Shown: positions 1-10,690, counted from the first letter of the stretch. The stretch: 62,554 bases of DNA from Desulfatitalea sp. (GCA_049287895.1 JBAQGR010000728.1:1-62554); one strand, 5' to 3'. Numbers and translations: made by a program. Notes: generated by a model not told the origin, from the sequence alone.

Positions 1-53
1 ATTAATTATTGGTTACCCATCGATAAATCGACTGAAGTAGGAGAAATACCCCA

Positions 54-1217
54 GTGGGTCAAGAGAAAAATAGAGCACCATCTTCCCAACCCAATTACGA
101 GCTGATCGACAGCGCTGCGCAACTGGCGGCGTTTGCCCGCCAGGCCCAAACCGCCTCCATGCTGGCCGTGGATCTGGAAGCCGATTCCATGTTTCACTAC
201 CGCGAAAAAGTGTGCCTCCTGCAAATCGCCGCCAACGGCAGCACCGTGGTGATCGACCCGCTCAAGGTTCCGGACCTCGACGCGCTCAAGCCGCTTTTTG
301 CGGAGGCCGACATCCTCAAAGTGTTTCACGGCGCTGACTACGATGTACGCTCGCTCTACCGCGATTTCGGTATCAGCGTCAACCGCCTGTTCGATACCCA
401 ACTGGCCAGCATGTATCTGGGCCATGCCGAAACCAGCCTGGAAGCGGTGGTGGGCCGGCGTTTCGGCGTGGAGCTGGATAAAAAATATCAAAAGAAGGAT
501 TGGTCCCAACGGCCCCTGCCCCCTGAGATGGTGGCCTATGCCGCCGCGGATGTCCTCTATCTGATCCCCCTGGCGAAAACCCTTATCACGGAACTCGACG
601 CCATGGGACGTCTCGCCTGGGTGCAGGAGGGCTGCCGCCTGCTCAGCCAGGTACGGCCCCAAGAGAACCATCTGGCGCTGTTTTTGAAATTCAGGGGCGC
701 CGGACGCTTGACGCCCCGCCAGCTGGCCGCCTTGGAAGAGTTGCTGCAACTGCGCGATGCCATTGCCCGGCAAAAAGACCGCCCGTTGTTTAAAATCATG
801 AACAACGCCGACATTCTCAAAATCGCCATGGGATTGCCCGCCGACATGGAGCAATTGAAAGTGTGCCAGGCCCTGAGCGGCAAGCAACTGGACATGTACG
901 GCCAGGGCCTGCTTGCCGCCGTGGCCAGGGCCGCGCACCTGCCCGCCGACCAACTGCCCAAATACCCCCGCCAGCGCACGCCGCGGCTCTCCCCCCGAAT
1001 TCCCCGCCGCGTTAAATCGTTGCGCTCCTGGCGGGATGAGGTGGCCGCGGGCCTGGCCCTCGACCCGGCTCTGCTGCTCAACAAAGCGCTGATCAGCGAA
1101 ATCGCCGTGCACAAGCCCAGATCGATCGATGCGCTGGCGCAAATCCCCCAAATCCATCAGTGGCAGGTGGAAGCCTTCGGCGAAAAGATCGTGGCCCTTC
1201 TAGACACCATACCCTGA
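54..1217 (+). CDS. rnd: Ribonuclease D (DEDDy 3'-5' exonuclease with HRDC domains)
   Basis: AVDLEAD ExoI motif, FHGADYD, DTQLAS, DWSQRPL...YAAADV; C-terminal HRDC-like LRSWRDEVA. GTG start with AGGAG upstream. Confidence 0.92.
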   Translation: MGQEKNRAPSSQPNYELIDSAAQLAAFARQAQTASMLAVDLEADSMFHYREKVCLLQIAANGSTVVIDPLKVPDLDALKPLFAEADILKVFHGADYDVRSLYRDFGISVNRLFDTQLASMYLGHAETSLEAVVGRRFGVELDKKYQKKDWSQRPLPPEMVAYAAADVLYLIPLAKTLITELDAMGRLAWVQEGCRLLSQVRPQENHLALFLKFRGAGRLTPRQLAALEELLQLRDAIARQKDRPLFKIMNNADILKIAMGLPADMEQLKVCQALSGKQLDMYGQGLLAAVARAAHLPADQLPKYPRQRTPRLSPRIPRRVKSLRSWRDEVAAGLALDPALLLNKALISEIAVHKPRSIDALAQIPQIHQWQVEAFGEKIVALLDTIP

Positions 1218-1472
1218 CGCCTTGACAATGGATTGACAGGCCTCGATCCTATATCTCTCGGATGCATCTTCACGCCGCCGCGCATCCCCTTGCATACCAA
1301 GCAAGCAGAAATACCGCCGACCCGCGTCGCCAGAGCCCAACCCAGCCCATGGCGATCCACGTCGATTTCTTCCATGGTCCGGGAAAACCAGCGCCAATCC
1401 GGGTATTCGCGGCATATTTATTGCAGACTTCAATCCCAACGCCGACGGAATGCAACTCCAATAAAATTAAGG

Positions 1473-1500
1473 TTGCGTCTAAATGGTTAAGTACTATAAT
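1473..1500 (+). promoter_or_regulatory. Candidate sigma70 promoter for the prkA operon
   Basis: TTGCGT-N16-TATAAT about 200 nt upstream of the prkA ATG. Confidence 0.5.
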
Positions 1501-1699
1501 TGAAACATAAATCTCGGATTCATGCTGAGTGCGACTTCACGATATGCGATCGATCCGGCGAATTCTACTGCTCGACTTCTTCTTCCCTGTGGCGCCTGAA
1601 ACCCCTTCAACCGTGCGGTGGGGCGACGATACAATCAACCTTACAGGTAGGTCTGTTTGAATGCGGGGCGAACCTTTTCAACCAACCATGGGAGGCATC

Positions 1700-3784
1700 A
1701 TGGCCAAAAAAGCACAGGTGAAGTTACCGACGCAACCCCAATTGCAACTGCGCCAGCACTGCCTGGCCGTCCAGGAGAGCAGCCGCCGCTTCGAGAACGC
1801 ATTCCAGGGCGTGGCCCGGATGATTCTGGGAAGCAACATCGAAAAGGTCGTGGTCAACGCCCGAACCACCTACGACTTCAACATCTTCCGGAATGGGAAA
1901 AAGCATGTCATCGGCATGTACGATGAGATCAACAGCTTTGTCTCCTATGTCAAGGATGCGGCCGAAAGCGGTTCGTCCAAGGAGATGGCCTTTGTGCTGG
2001 TGGGCGAGCCGGGCAATGGCAAAACCTTTTTCGTGGAGTTTTTGTGCACCCAATACCGCGCCTTTCTTTCCAAATCCGAAAATCGCAAATACACTTTCCG
2101 CTTCAAAGGCATGGAGGCCTTGGGCCATTACGGCCGCATCAACATCATCGAGTCCCAAACTTACGAAGACCCCATGATCCTGGCCATGAACCTGTTCGAC
2201 GATCCTGACGAGAACAAGGCCCACCTTGGCCGGGAATTCGGCTTCGACGACCACGCCATCGACACCCTGTACGACAACTACCGGCCGCTGGGCGCGTGTA
2301 GCGGTTACATCTGGAACGACATCCGCGAATTCTGCGACGGCGATCTGGAGAAGACGCTCGCGTTCGTGGAGATCATGCCGGTGCCCCTGACCGAAAGTCT
2401 GGGCACGGTGACCGGCAAATACCCGGCCAAGGACAAGATCACCTCTTCGGCCGTAGACTTGCTGGGCGAAGAGTCGATCCAGCGGCTGTTGCACATCACC
2501 GACACCAACAACCCCTACCGCTTCGATCTGCGCCGCGGGGCCCTGGCGCGCGTGGCCGGCGGCGGCATCCACTTCGCCGACGAGATCTACAAGAACAAAA
2601 AAGATTTGGTCCAAGTCTATCTGGGTGTAATCCAGAACCGCAATATCGAAATCGACGGCTACAAGTGGCCCATCGACACCCTGATCATCGCCACCAGCAA
2701 CAATTCGGAGTTCAACCGCTTCCTGGCCGAAAAGGAGGAAGCACCCATCGTGGACCGCTGCCGCATCTGCTATGTGTCGCACAACACCAATTATAAGATG
2801 CAAAAAGATCTGACCGCTTACGCCATCGGCAGCGAAGCACGCACGACCCTGACCCGCGAGGCCCTGCACCAGGACCCCAATCTGAACCACGCCGCGTCGG
2901 TCGCCGTGGTGCTCAGCCGCCTGCCGCGCTCGGAGAAGCTGACCGCCATCGAGACCATGAAGCTGGCCTCGGGCGAGGTGGCCGGAGAAAAAAGCATCAA
3001 GGCCCTGGCCGAGGTGATCGACACGCTCAACCAGGACCCGGACATCACCAAGCGCTTCGGCCAAAAGGGCATGGGCCAGCGCAACCTGGGCCGCGCGATT
3101 CAGCTGCTCACCGAGAGCTCCGAGACCAACGAGGGCCAATGCATGTTCGCCTATGACATTTTTAGGGCCCTGGAGCGCATCATTCTCGATTACGTCACCG
3201 ATGCCAACGACCGCGCCAAATACCTGGAAGATCTCAAGATCGCCAAGGGACTCTACCGCGAGCGCATCATGACCGAGATGTTCAATGCCTACATGGACGA
3301 GCCGTTGGCCATCCGCAAGGATGTGATGAACTACGTCAACATGATCATCGGCACCGACGCCGAAAACCTCGGTCCGGACAAGATGTGGAAGTACAAGGAC
3401 CCCCAATCCGGAGAACTGCGGGCGTTAAAGATCGACGAGCGTTTCATCAAGAGCGTGGAGGAACGACTGGGACTGAAAACCGAAGAACAGCGCGACACCT
3501 TCCGCACCTCGATCCGCAAGATTTACGGGCAGAAGATATCGGTGGACCCCAATTACGACTTCATGGACAACCTGGAGCTGGTCAAGGCGGTCACCGATGT
3601 ACGCCTCAAGTCGGATATCGCCGGCGCCGGCAGCCTCATCGGCGCTCTGGCCAACCGCACCAACGAAGAGAACCAGAAGCTTTACGACCGCATGGTGAGC
3701 ACCATGCTGCACAAGCTGGGATATTGCCGCACCTGTGCGCAGAAAACCATCGAGTACTTCTGTACGCAGGAGGATGAAAATTGA
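1700..3784 (+). CDS. prkA: PrkA/YeaG family AAA+ serine protein kinase
   Basis: Walker A GEPGNGKT, C-terminal LGYCRTCAQKTIEY typical of PrkA; GGAGG RBS at 1691-1695; followed by DUF444 and SpoVR genes. Confidence 0.88.
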   Translation: MAKKAQVKLPTQPQLQLRQHCLAVQESSRRFENAFQGVARMILGSNIEKVVVNARTTYDFNIFRNGKKHVIGMYDEINSFVSYVKDAAESGSSKEMAFVLVGEPGNGKTFFVEFLCTQYRAFLSKSENRKYTFRFKGMEALGHYGRINIIESQTYEDPMILAMNLFDDPDENKAHLGREFGFDDHAIDTLYDNYRPLGACSGYIWNDIREFCDGDLEKTLAFVEIMPVPLTESLGTVTGKYPAKDKITSSAVDLLGEESIQRLLHITDTNNPYRFDLRRGALARVAGGGIHFADEIYKNKKDLVQVYLGVIQNRNIEIDGYKWPIDTLIIATSNNSEFNRFLAEKEEAPIVDRCRICYVSHNTNYKMQKDLTAYAIGSEARTTLTREALHQDPNLNHAASVAVVLSRLPRSEKLTAIETMKLASGEVAGEKSIKALAEVIDTLNQDPDITKRFGQKGMGQRNLGRAIQLLTESSETNEGQCMFAYDIFRALERIILDYVTDANDRAKYLEDLKIAKGLYRERIMTEMFNAYMDEPLAIRKDVMNYVNMIIGTDAENLGPDKMWKYKDPQSGELRALKIDERFIKSVEERLGLKTEEQRDTFRTSIRKIYGQKISVDPNYDFMDNLELVKAVTDVRLKSDIAGAGSLIGALANRTNEENQKLYDRMVSTMLHKLGYCRTCAQKTIEYFCTQEDEN

Positions 3785-3915
3785 CGAGGCCGCAAAAAGG
3801 TTCGACAATCGTCACTCCCGCGAAGGCGGGAGTCCAGAACCCTTTGGAATAGCTGGATCCCCGCCTTCGCGGGGATGACACAAACGGACCTCCTGCGACT
3901 GTTTGCAAGTTCCCC
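3783..3915. repeat. ~132 bp REP/MITE-like palindromic element, copy 1
   Basis: Inner inverted repeat GTCACTCCCGCGAAGGCGGGAGTCCAG...CTGGATCCCCGCCTTCGCGGGGATGAC (3811-3879) with imperfect outer IR; aligns along its length with the reverse complement of 25825-25956. Confidence 0.85.
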
Positions 3916-4002
3916 CAAATTACTAAAGAATAGTTTTAGGTTTTAAGATTTAAGTGAAGGATTTGGATCGATCTGTCGGTAGACGCAGCAAGAGGCCGTG
4001 CT

Positions 4003-5385
4003 ATGAAGAACGAACTATGGGAAGTATATCAGCGCCTCAAGACCCAAGGGCTTGATCCAACGCTGGAGGAGAAAATTCTGGCCGAGATCCGCGCATCCGC
4101 GGTCGAACCCCAGAACGGCGGCCATGGCATCACACCGGCGGCGCCTGCGCTGGACAGCTTCTATGCCCATGCCGACCTGACCGACCTCCAGGGCGTGGCC
4201 ATGGCGCGTCAAAACCCTACCAGCCAGATCCGCACCATCGACGATCTGCTGGCCAAGGACCGCCAGCGCGAAAAAGACGGCTTTCCCCGCAAGGTCAAAG
4301 TGGGCCGAATGATCAAACCGGGTCGCGGCGGCAAGGACAAAGTGGTGGTGGTGCCCACCGCCACCGAAGAGAAATTGATGCACGATGCGAGCTTTCGCGA
4401 CCAGGAAGAGGAGCAGGCCGGCGGCGGATCGGGTGAGGGCAAAGAGGGCGAAGTGATCGGCGAGGAGCCGGTGCGCCAATCGGAGAAAGGCAGCGGCGCG
4501 GGGCCAGGCCAAGGCGAGGGCGATCAACACGAACTGGAGTCTTCGGCCTACGACCTGGGCCGCATTCTCACCGAACAGTTCGAACTGCCCAACCTCAAAG
4601 ACAAAGGCAAGAAGCGCTCGCTGACCCGCTACACCTACGACCTGACCGATCGCAATCGCGGCTTCGGCCAGGTACTGGACAAAAAAGCCACCCTGCGCAA
4701 GATCGTCGAAACCAATATCCACTTGGGCAACCTGCCCGATGTCAACGCCATCAACCCCGTGGATTTTCTTATTTCGCCCAAGGACATGGTCTATCGTATC
4801 CTGAGCAAGGAAAAGGATTTCGAATCCCAGGCCATGGTCTTCTTCGTACGCGACTACTCAGGGTCCATGGTGGGCAAAACCACCGAGCTGGTGGTGGCGC
4901 AGCACGTATTGATCTACAGCTGGCTGCTCTACCAATACGCCAACCAGGTGAAAACGCGCTTCATTCTGCACGACACCACGGCCAAGGAGGTCCCGGACTT
5001 TTACACCTACTACAATTCCAAGGTGGCCGGCGGCACCCAGGTCTCGTCGGCGTACAAACTGGTCAACGAAATAGTGGAAAAAGAAAGCCTGGCCCAGGAC
5101 TACAATATCTATGTCTTTCACGGCACCGACGGAGACGATTGGGACGCCGAAGGCCGCGAATCGATTCCCCAGCTCAAACTGATGATGCGTTACGCCAACC
5201 GCGTGGGGATCACCATCGCCCAGCACAGCGCCGGCAGTTCGACGGAGGTGGAAAAGTACATCAAGCGTTCGGGGCTTTTAGAACAGGCGCCGGAGTTGCT
5301 GCGCATGGATATTCTCACCGATGACGCGGATGAATCGCGCCTGATCGAAGGGATTCGAAAATTGATATCGCAGGATAAGAAGTAG
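4003..5385 (+). CDS. DUF444 / YeaH-YhbH family protein (vWA-like C-terminus)
   Basis: Gly-rich GEGKEGEVIG linker, RDYSGSM MIDAS-like motif, GGTQVSSAY, YNIYVFHGTDGDDW; lies between prkA and spoVR. Confidence 0.88.
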   Translation: MKNELWEVYQRLKTQGLDPTLEEKILAEIRASAVEPQNGGHGITPAAPALDSFYAHADLTDLQGVAMARQNPTSQIRTIDDLLAKDRQREKDGFPRKVKVGRMIKPGRGGKDKVVVVPTATEEKLMHDASFRDQEEEQAGGGSGEGKEGEVIGEEPVRQSEKGSGAGPGQGEGDQHELESSAYDLGRILTEQFELPNLKDKGKKRSLTRYTYDLTDRNRGFGQVLDKKATLRKIVETNIHLGNLPDVNAINPVDFLISPKDMVYRILSKEKDFESQAMVFFVRDYSGSMVGKTTELVVAQHVLIYSWLLYQYANQVKTRFILHDTTAKEVPDFYTYYNSKVAGGTQVSSAYKLVNEIVEKESLAQDYNIYVFHGTDGDDWDAEGRESIPQLKLMMRYANRVGITIAQHSAGSSTEVEKYIKRSGLLEQAPELLRMDILTDDADESRLIEGIRKLISQDKK

Positions 5386-5416
5386 TTTTAAACTTTAAAC
5401 TCCCCGAAGGGGTCCT

Positions 5417-7057
5417 ATGGAACTGGTCAGCCAGCACACCAAGAAAATCATGGAAGGCTGCAAGGAGAGGGCACGGGCCGCAGGGTTGCGTTTTGAAAAC
5501 GAAACCCTGGAGTATATAGTGACCAACCGCGACCTTCTGGAGCTGTCGCCCAAAATCATGATCCCCACCCTATACGATTACTGGGTGCACGATGTGGAAG
5601 TGCTCAAAGGCAAGGGCAAGTATGAGCTCTATCCCAGCAACCCCTATGAAACCGTGATCAACACCCGTCCAGCCATCTCCTATTACAACGACAACAACCC
5701 CGATTGGCTCAATGTGATGATTTTCTATCACGTGCTGGCCCATATCGACTTTTTCCAGAACAACTTATACTTCCGCCACACCTGGGACTACGATTTCACC
5801 GGCGAGGCGCTGTCCGACAAGCGGGTCTTCGCCAAGCTGCGCTCCGAGCACGGCCACTGGGTCGATTACGTCATCGAATTCGCCCGGGGCATCGACAACC
5901 TGGTCGGCTATTTTCCGGAGCTGAACCGCCTGTTCCCCGTGGCCACGGCCCAACTGCCCCCGCGGCTGGATTACTATTTCGACATTTTCCTGCAAAGCGT
6001 CAAGAAGACCAAAACGAGCGAATACATCAAAGAGATCGAACGATACAACCAATGCCTGGCCGAAAGCGGCCCGCTCAGCGAAGATAGGTTTTTCGCCGAG
6101 GTGGACCGGCGCTATCCCGAGTTCAAGGCGCTCTTTGCCAAGTACAAGGAGCATAGGAGCGCCCCTCCCACGGACCTGATTCAATACATCCTGGAAAATT
6201 CCCCCTTCGTGAACAAAGAAGAGAACAAGTGGATGAAGACGATCATCGAGGTGATCCGCAAAACATCCTTGTTCTTCCAGCCTCAGATCCGCACCAAGAT
6301 CATGAACGAGGGCTGGGCCAGCTACTGGCACGAAGTCCTCTATCTGCAGGATGACCGCATCAAAGGTCACGAGGTGGATTTTGCGCGGGTCAACGCCGGC
6401 GTGACCGCCATGCCCCGGGTGGGGCTCAATCCGTATGCCCTGGGCATGCGCTTGTTTTACGCCATCGAGGAGTGGGCCGACCAGGGCCGCCTAACTTGGG
6501 ATTTTCAGCGCCTCAGCAACGCTCACCAGCGGGACAAATACAACGGCGCTCTGGGACGGGGTCGCGAGTATATCTTTTCCGTCAGAGAAAACCTGAGCGA
6601 CTTCACTTTCATCAACCAGTTCATCAACCAGGATTTCGTCACCCAGAACAAACTTTTTGTGGCCGGCCGGCGGCTCAACGAGTCCAAGATGGTCTGGGAG
6701 TACTACGTCAAAAGCCGCAGCAGCGAAGCGTATCGCCAAATGCTGCTCGACGGCCTCTATCATCCGCCCCATATCACTTTGGATCATGAAAAGGGCAAGC
6801 GCGCCAACACCCTGTATCTGGTGCACCGTTTTGAAGACAAACCGTTGATCAAGGATTTTATCACCAACACCCTGATGGGCATCGAGTATCTCTGGGGCGG
6901 TCCGGTGGAATTGGAAACCCATGAAGCGCTGCCCAAACCGGCGCGCAGCGACCGCCCCCGGCCGGCGACCGGCAAAGCCACCGAAGCGCCAATTCAGTGG
7001 CAACGCGCGGTCTATACGATGAAAGAGCGCAAGTTAAGCCGCCGCATCGCGGCGTAA
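5417..7057 (+). CDS. spoVR: SpoVR/YcgB family protein
   Basis: YETVIN, HVLAHIDFF, PQIRTKIMNEGWASYWH, LNPYALG, LWGGPVELET signature motifs. Confidence 0.92.
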   Translation: MELVSQHTKKIMEGCKERARAAGLRFENETLEYIVTNRDLLELSPKIMIPTLYDYWVHDVEVLKGKGKYELYPSNPYETVINTRPAISYYNDNNPDWLNVMIFYHVLAHIDFFQNNLYFRHTWDYDFTGEALSDKRVFAKLRSEHGHWVDYVIEFARGIDNLVGYFPELNRLFPVATAQLPPRLDYYFDIFLQSVKKTKTSEYIKEIERYNQCLAESGPLSEDRFFAEVDRRYPEFKALFAKYKEHRSAPPTDLIQYILENSPFVNKEENKWMKTIIEVIRKTSLFFQPQIRTKIMNEGWASYWHEVLYLQDDRIKGHEVDFARVNAGVTAMPRVGLNPYALGMRLFYAIEEWADQGRLTWDFQRLSNAHQRDKYNGALGRGREYIFSVRENLSDFTFINQFINQDFVTQNKLFVAGRRLNESKMVWEYYVKSRSSEAYRQMLLDGLYHPPHITLDHEKGKRANTLYLVHRFEDKPLIKDFITNTLMGIEYLWGGPVELETHEALPKPARSDRPRPATGKATEAPIQWQRAVYTMKERKLSRRIAA

Positions 7058-7081
7058 GCGTTGAAGGCGGAAGGCCGACCC

Positions 7082-9385
7082 ATGCTAAAAGAGACGACCA
7101 ACATCGAAAAAGCCATGCAGCAGGTCCAGCGGGCCAATAGCGCCATGGAGCAGCAGGCACCCATCCCCTTCCAGACTTTCCTGGCGCATGTCACCCAGCG
7201 GCCGGCCGACCTGATGCGCAACGTGTTCCAATTCTTCCACGACATGATCAAAGCCTATGTGGGCACGGGGGTCGACGAATACCCGGACGATCCCGAGTCG
7301 ATCAATTATGTGGATTACGATTGCGCCCGGCTTTTCGTAGAAGGTTCGGATCACCCGTTCTTCGCCGACCGCCTCTTTGCCAACCGTTTCATCCAACAGG
7401 TGGAAGGCATGCGCCAGGGCGCCCAGCAAAATAAAATCTATATTTTCGACGGCCCGCACGGCTGCGGAAAAAGCACTTTCTTAAACAACCTGCTGACCAA
7501 ATTCGAAGAGTACGCCAACACCGAAGCGGGCTGCCGCTTTGAAACCGTCTGGCGCATCGATGTGACGGCCCTGGGCGGCCTGTCGGTGAGCGATGAAACT
7601 TACACCATTCTGGAGAAGCTGTTTCAACTTCAAAAAGAGTCCCAGCAGGGTCAATACGAACGCATCAAATCCCGCGTTCTTCAGCAGGGCGGCGACCAGT
7701 ATCTGGACATCTCCTGCCCGAGCCACGACAACCCGTTGCTGATCATCCCCAAACAACTGCGCCGGGCCTTCCTGGATGACCTTTTTAAAAACGACGCCTT
7801 CAAGTATACCCTGTTCACCAACAAGGAGTATGAATGGATCTTCAGCGATGTGCCGTGCACCATCTGCAGCTCCCTGTATGATGCCCTGCTGCGACGGCTT
7901 ACAGATCCCCTCAAGGTTTTTGAGATGGTGTGGGCCAAGCCATACGAATTCAACCGCCGTTTGGGCTCCGGAATCAGCGTCTTCAACCCCGGCGATCCTC
8001 CCTTGAAAGAGTCGGTGCTGACCAACGAGATGCTCCAGAACCGCATCAGTCGCCTCTTCGGCGACAGCAACCAGGTGCACTACATCTTCTCGCGCTACGC
8101 CAAGACCAACAACGGCCTGTATGCCCTGATGGATATCAAGTCGCACAACATCGAACGGCTCATCGAGCTGCACAACATCATCTCCGAAGGGGTCCACAAG
8201 GTAAAAGACATCGAAGAGAACGTCAACTCGCTGTTCATGGCGCTGATGAACCCCGAAGACAAAAAAAATATCCAGAACATACAATCCTTTTCCGACCGCA
8301 TCGCCTACATCAACATCTCCTATGTCCTGGATCACAGCACAGAGGTGGACATCTACCGCGATATTTTCGGCCGCCATATCGACGACGCCTTTTTGCCGCG
8401 CGTGCTGCACAACTTTGCGCGCGTGATCATCGCCTCGCGCCTGAGCCTGCGCTCCGAAGCCCTGCTGGAATGGATCGGCGACCCCGAGAAATACAGCCGC
8501 TACTGCGACAAAAACTTGCAGTTGCTCAAGATGGAGATCTACACAGGCTACATTCCCAATTGGCTGAGCGAAGAGGATCGCAAGGGGTTGACGGCCAAGC
8601 GCCGGCGGCGCATCATCGCAGAATCGGAAAACGAGGGTAAACACGGCATCTCCGGCCGGGACGCCATCAAGATCTTCGGAGAGTTTTACACCGCCTTCGC
8701 CAGGTCCGATCATTTCATCGACATGTCCACCCTGGGCAAGTTTTTCCGATCCAAAAAGGATTTGCGCCCCTCGATCCCCGATGGTTTTCTCGATTCCCTT
8801 TCGCACATGTACGACTACTCGGTGCTCCAGGAGGTCAAGGAGTCCTTGTACTACTTCAACGAAGAGCAGATTGCCGTCGAAGTCCAAAACTACATGTTCG
8901 CCGTCAATTTCGAGACCGGGTCGACGGAACAGTGCCCCTACACCGGCGACAAGATCGAAATCACCGAGGAGTATCTGAAAAACTTCGAACTGCGTATTTT
9001 AGGCACCGGCGCCCAAGTCGCTGAAAGAAAGGCGTTGCGCAAGGATGTCCAGAAAGAGTACGCCACCAAGACCCTGACCCAGGAGGTGCCGCGCGGCGGC
9101 AAAAACCTTCGCAAAACCAGCCTGTTCGCAAAACTCAACGAACGCTATATCTACAACATCAAGGAAAAAGTGCTCGACCCCTTCCTGGAGAACGAAAACT
9201 TCCGGCGGGCCATCAAGGATTACGACGAAGATGATTTCAAGACCTACGATCGCAAGATCCGCCACGATGTCACCTACCTGATGAACAACCTGACCTCCAA
9301 ATACCGCTATACCCCCCAGGGCGCCAAGGCGATGTGCATCTACGTCATCGACAACGACCTGGCCAGGGCTTTCAAGACGCCGTAG
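7082..9385 (+). CDS. Second, divergent PrkA-like AAA+ protein
   Basis: Walker A GPHGCGKST, CPSHDNPL and CTIC motifs, GISGRDA, C-terminal YRYTPQGAKAMCIYV; closes the prkA-yeaH-spoVR operon. Confidence 0.75.
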   Translation: MLKETTNIEKAMQQVQRANSAMEQQAPIPFQTFLAHVTQRPADLMRNVFQFFHDMIKAYVGTGVDEYPDDPESINYVDYDCARLFVEGSDHPFFADRLFANRFIQQVEGMRQGAQQNKIYIFDGPHGCGKSTFLNNLLTKFEEYANTEAGCRFETVWRIDVTALGGLSVSDETYTILEKLFQLQKESQQGQYERIKSRVLQQGGDQYLDISCPSHDNPLLIIPKQLRRAFLDDLFKNDAFKYTLFTNKEYEWIFSDVPCTICSSLYDALLRRLTDPLKVFEMVWAKPYEFNRRLGSGISVFNPGDPPLKESVLTNEMLQNRISRLFGDSNQVHYIFSRYAKTNNGLYALMDIKSHNIERLIELHNIISEGVHKVKDIEENVNSLFMALMNPEDKKNIQNIQSFSDRIAYINISYVLDHSTEVDIYRDIFGRHIDDAFLPRVLHNFARVIIASRLSLRSEALLEWIGDPEKYSRYCDKNLQLLKMEIYTGYIPNWLSEEDRKGLTAKRRRRIIAESENEGKHGISGRDAIKIFGEFYTAFARSDHFIDMSTLGKFFRSKKDLRPSIPDGFLDSLSHMYDYSVLQEVKESLYYFNEEQIAVEVQNYMFAVNFETGSTEQCPYTGDKIEITEEYLKNFELRILGTGAQVAERKALRKDVQKEYATKTLTQEVPRGGKNLRKTSLFAKLNERYIYNIKEKVLDPFLENENFRRAIKDYDEDDFKTYDRKIRHDVTYLMNNLTSKYRYTPQGAKAMCIYVIDNDLARAFKTP

Positions 9386-9854
9386 CCGTGGCTGGCCCCT
9401 CCGAAACTTGGACCCAGTCTCGCGGCCGCAGCCACTTGGCAAAAACGGCCTGTACCTGTTCGGCGGTCAAGGCCACATAGCGTTGCGCCGCCTGGGTCGG
9501 TTCATCGAGGGGCAGATCCATGACGGTTCGATAGATGAATCCTTGGACATCCACTACCGTCAGCGGCTGGCCCTGTTCGACCCGGCGCAGGGTCTGAGGG
9601 GCCTGGGCCCGCAACTGTGCCTCCTGGGTCTGGTCCATGCCGTGCCCGATGAGCCCGCCGATCACCGCGCCCACGGAGCCGCCGACGAGCGCACCGGGTC
9701 CCGGGTGCCGCGCCATGCTGCCGACAATAGCACCCGTGGCGCCGCCGGCCAAAGCACCGGAGGCCGTGTAGTCCGGCCGCCCCTGGGGCGACATGCAGCC
9801 TGCGATGGATATTCCCACAATTGCGACCCATGACACATAAGCTGTCCGTTTCAT
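9372..9854 (-). pseudogene. Chimeric ORF: glycine-zipper lipoprotein N-terminus fused to an M16 peptidase-like C-terminal fragment
   Basis: Lipobox IAGC and GALAGGATGAIVG...GAVIGGLIG glycine zipper, then LPLDEPTQAAQRYVALTAEQVQAVFAKWLRP resembling an M16 peptidase C-terminus; GGAGG RBS. Confidence 0.55.
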
Positions 9855-9967
9855 AGTCGTTTCCTCCACATATCCCCTTTTAAGAGTAACCCCAACATTG
9901 TCACCCCTGGGGACAAGCCATATTGCCCCTTGTAATTTAATGTTGAGGTTACCCCCATCAGGTCTAG

Positions 9968-10243
9968 TCATAGCGGCCTTTTCAGTAACATCTGCGCTTG
10001 ATCCGGTGTGATGGTTCCATCGGCCGCCGCTTTATCGATCAGGCTTTTCATGAGTGCGCGTCGCTGGGCATGTTGATCCATCCGTGCAAGGATATGGTCC
10101 CTTTGATCGGCGGTTAGGTAATTTTTGTTAACCAGCATCCCCATAAGATCCTGAACCTTGGCATGCATGGCGTTGGAAAACACTTTCCAGTCGACCTTGT
10201 ACTCCTTCAGAACGGACGGCAACCGCTCTTCTTGCAGTTTCTG
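9968..10243 (-). pseudogene. 3' remnant of a hypothetical protein
   Basis: Protein-like frame (ERLPSVLKEY...DKAAADGTITPDQAQMLLKRPL*) whose 5' part is replaced by an oppositely oriented histidine kinase fragment. Confidence 0.45.
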
Positions 10244-10244
10244 G

Positions 10245-10560
10245 TGGATTTCGGACATTTCCCACGAGTTGCGAACCCCCTTGGCGATCCTGCGAGGTGA
10301 GATCGAAGCCCTGCAGGATGGCGTGCGCAGCCTCAACACGGGGACACTGGAATCCCTGCATGCCGAGATCCTGCGCCTGATTAAGCTCGTAGACGGGCTA
10401 CACCAGCTGTCGCTGGCGGACTCCCAGTGCCTGCTTGCCCAAAAGAATCCGGTGAAACCCCTGGCGGTCCTCGCGGAGATGGTCGAGCTTTTTCGCAGCC
10501 GTTTTGAGCGCAGGAACATTTCCATGACCATGGGGCCGGGTTCAAGGCCTCCTGCCTTGA
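10245..10560 (+). pseudogene. BaeS-like sensor histidine kinase fragment (HisKA H-box only)
   Basis: DISHELRTPLAILRGEIEALQDGVR; no start, sensor or ATPase domain. Confidence 0.8.
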
Positions 10561-10573
10561 CCGTGGGGGCCAG

Positions 10574-10690
10574 GTGGCGAGCTACATCAGAAAGAACCCA
10601 CCTGCACTGATCCTACTGGACATCATGCTGCCGGATGTGGACGGTATGGACGTGTGTCGGGAAATCAGGAAGTTTTCGAACATCCCCATC
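10574..10690 (+). pseudogene. OmpR/BaeR-like response regulator receiver fragment
   Basis: PPALILLDIMLPDVDGMDVCREIRKFSNIPI; truncated on both sides. Confidence 0.8.

Noticed and set aside
6..1157. Long antisense ORFs (6-1157, 1724-3406, 7481-8887, 28754-30361, 39616-40887, 44060-46294 and others)
   Set aside because: They are shadow frames of well-supported GC-rich genes on the opposite strand and show no recognisable motifs.
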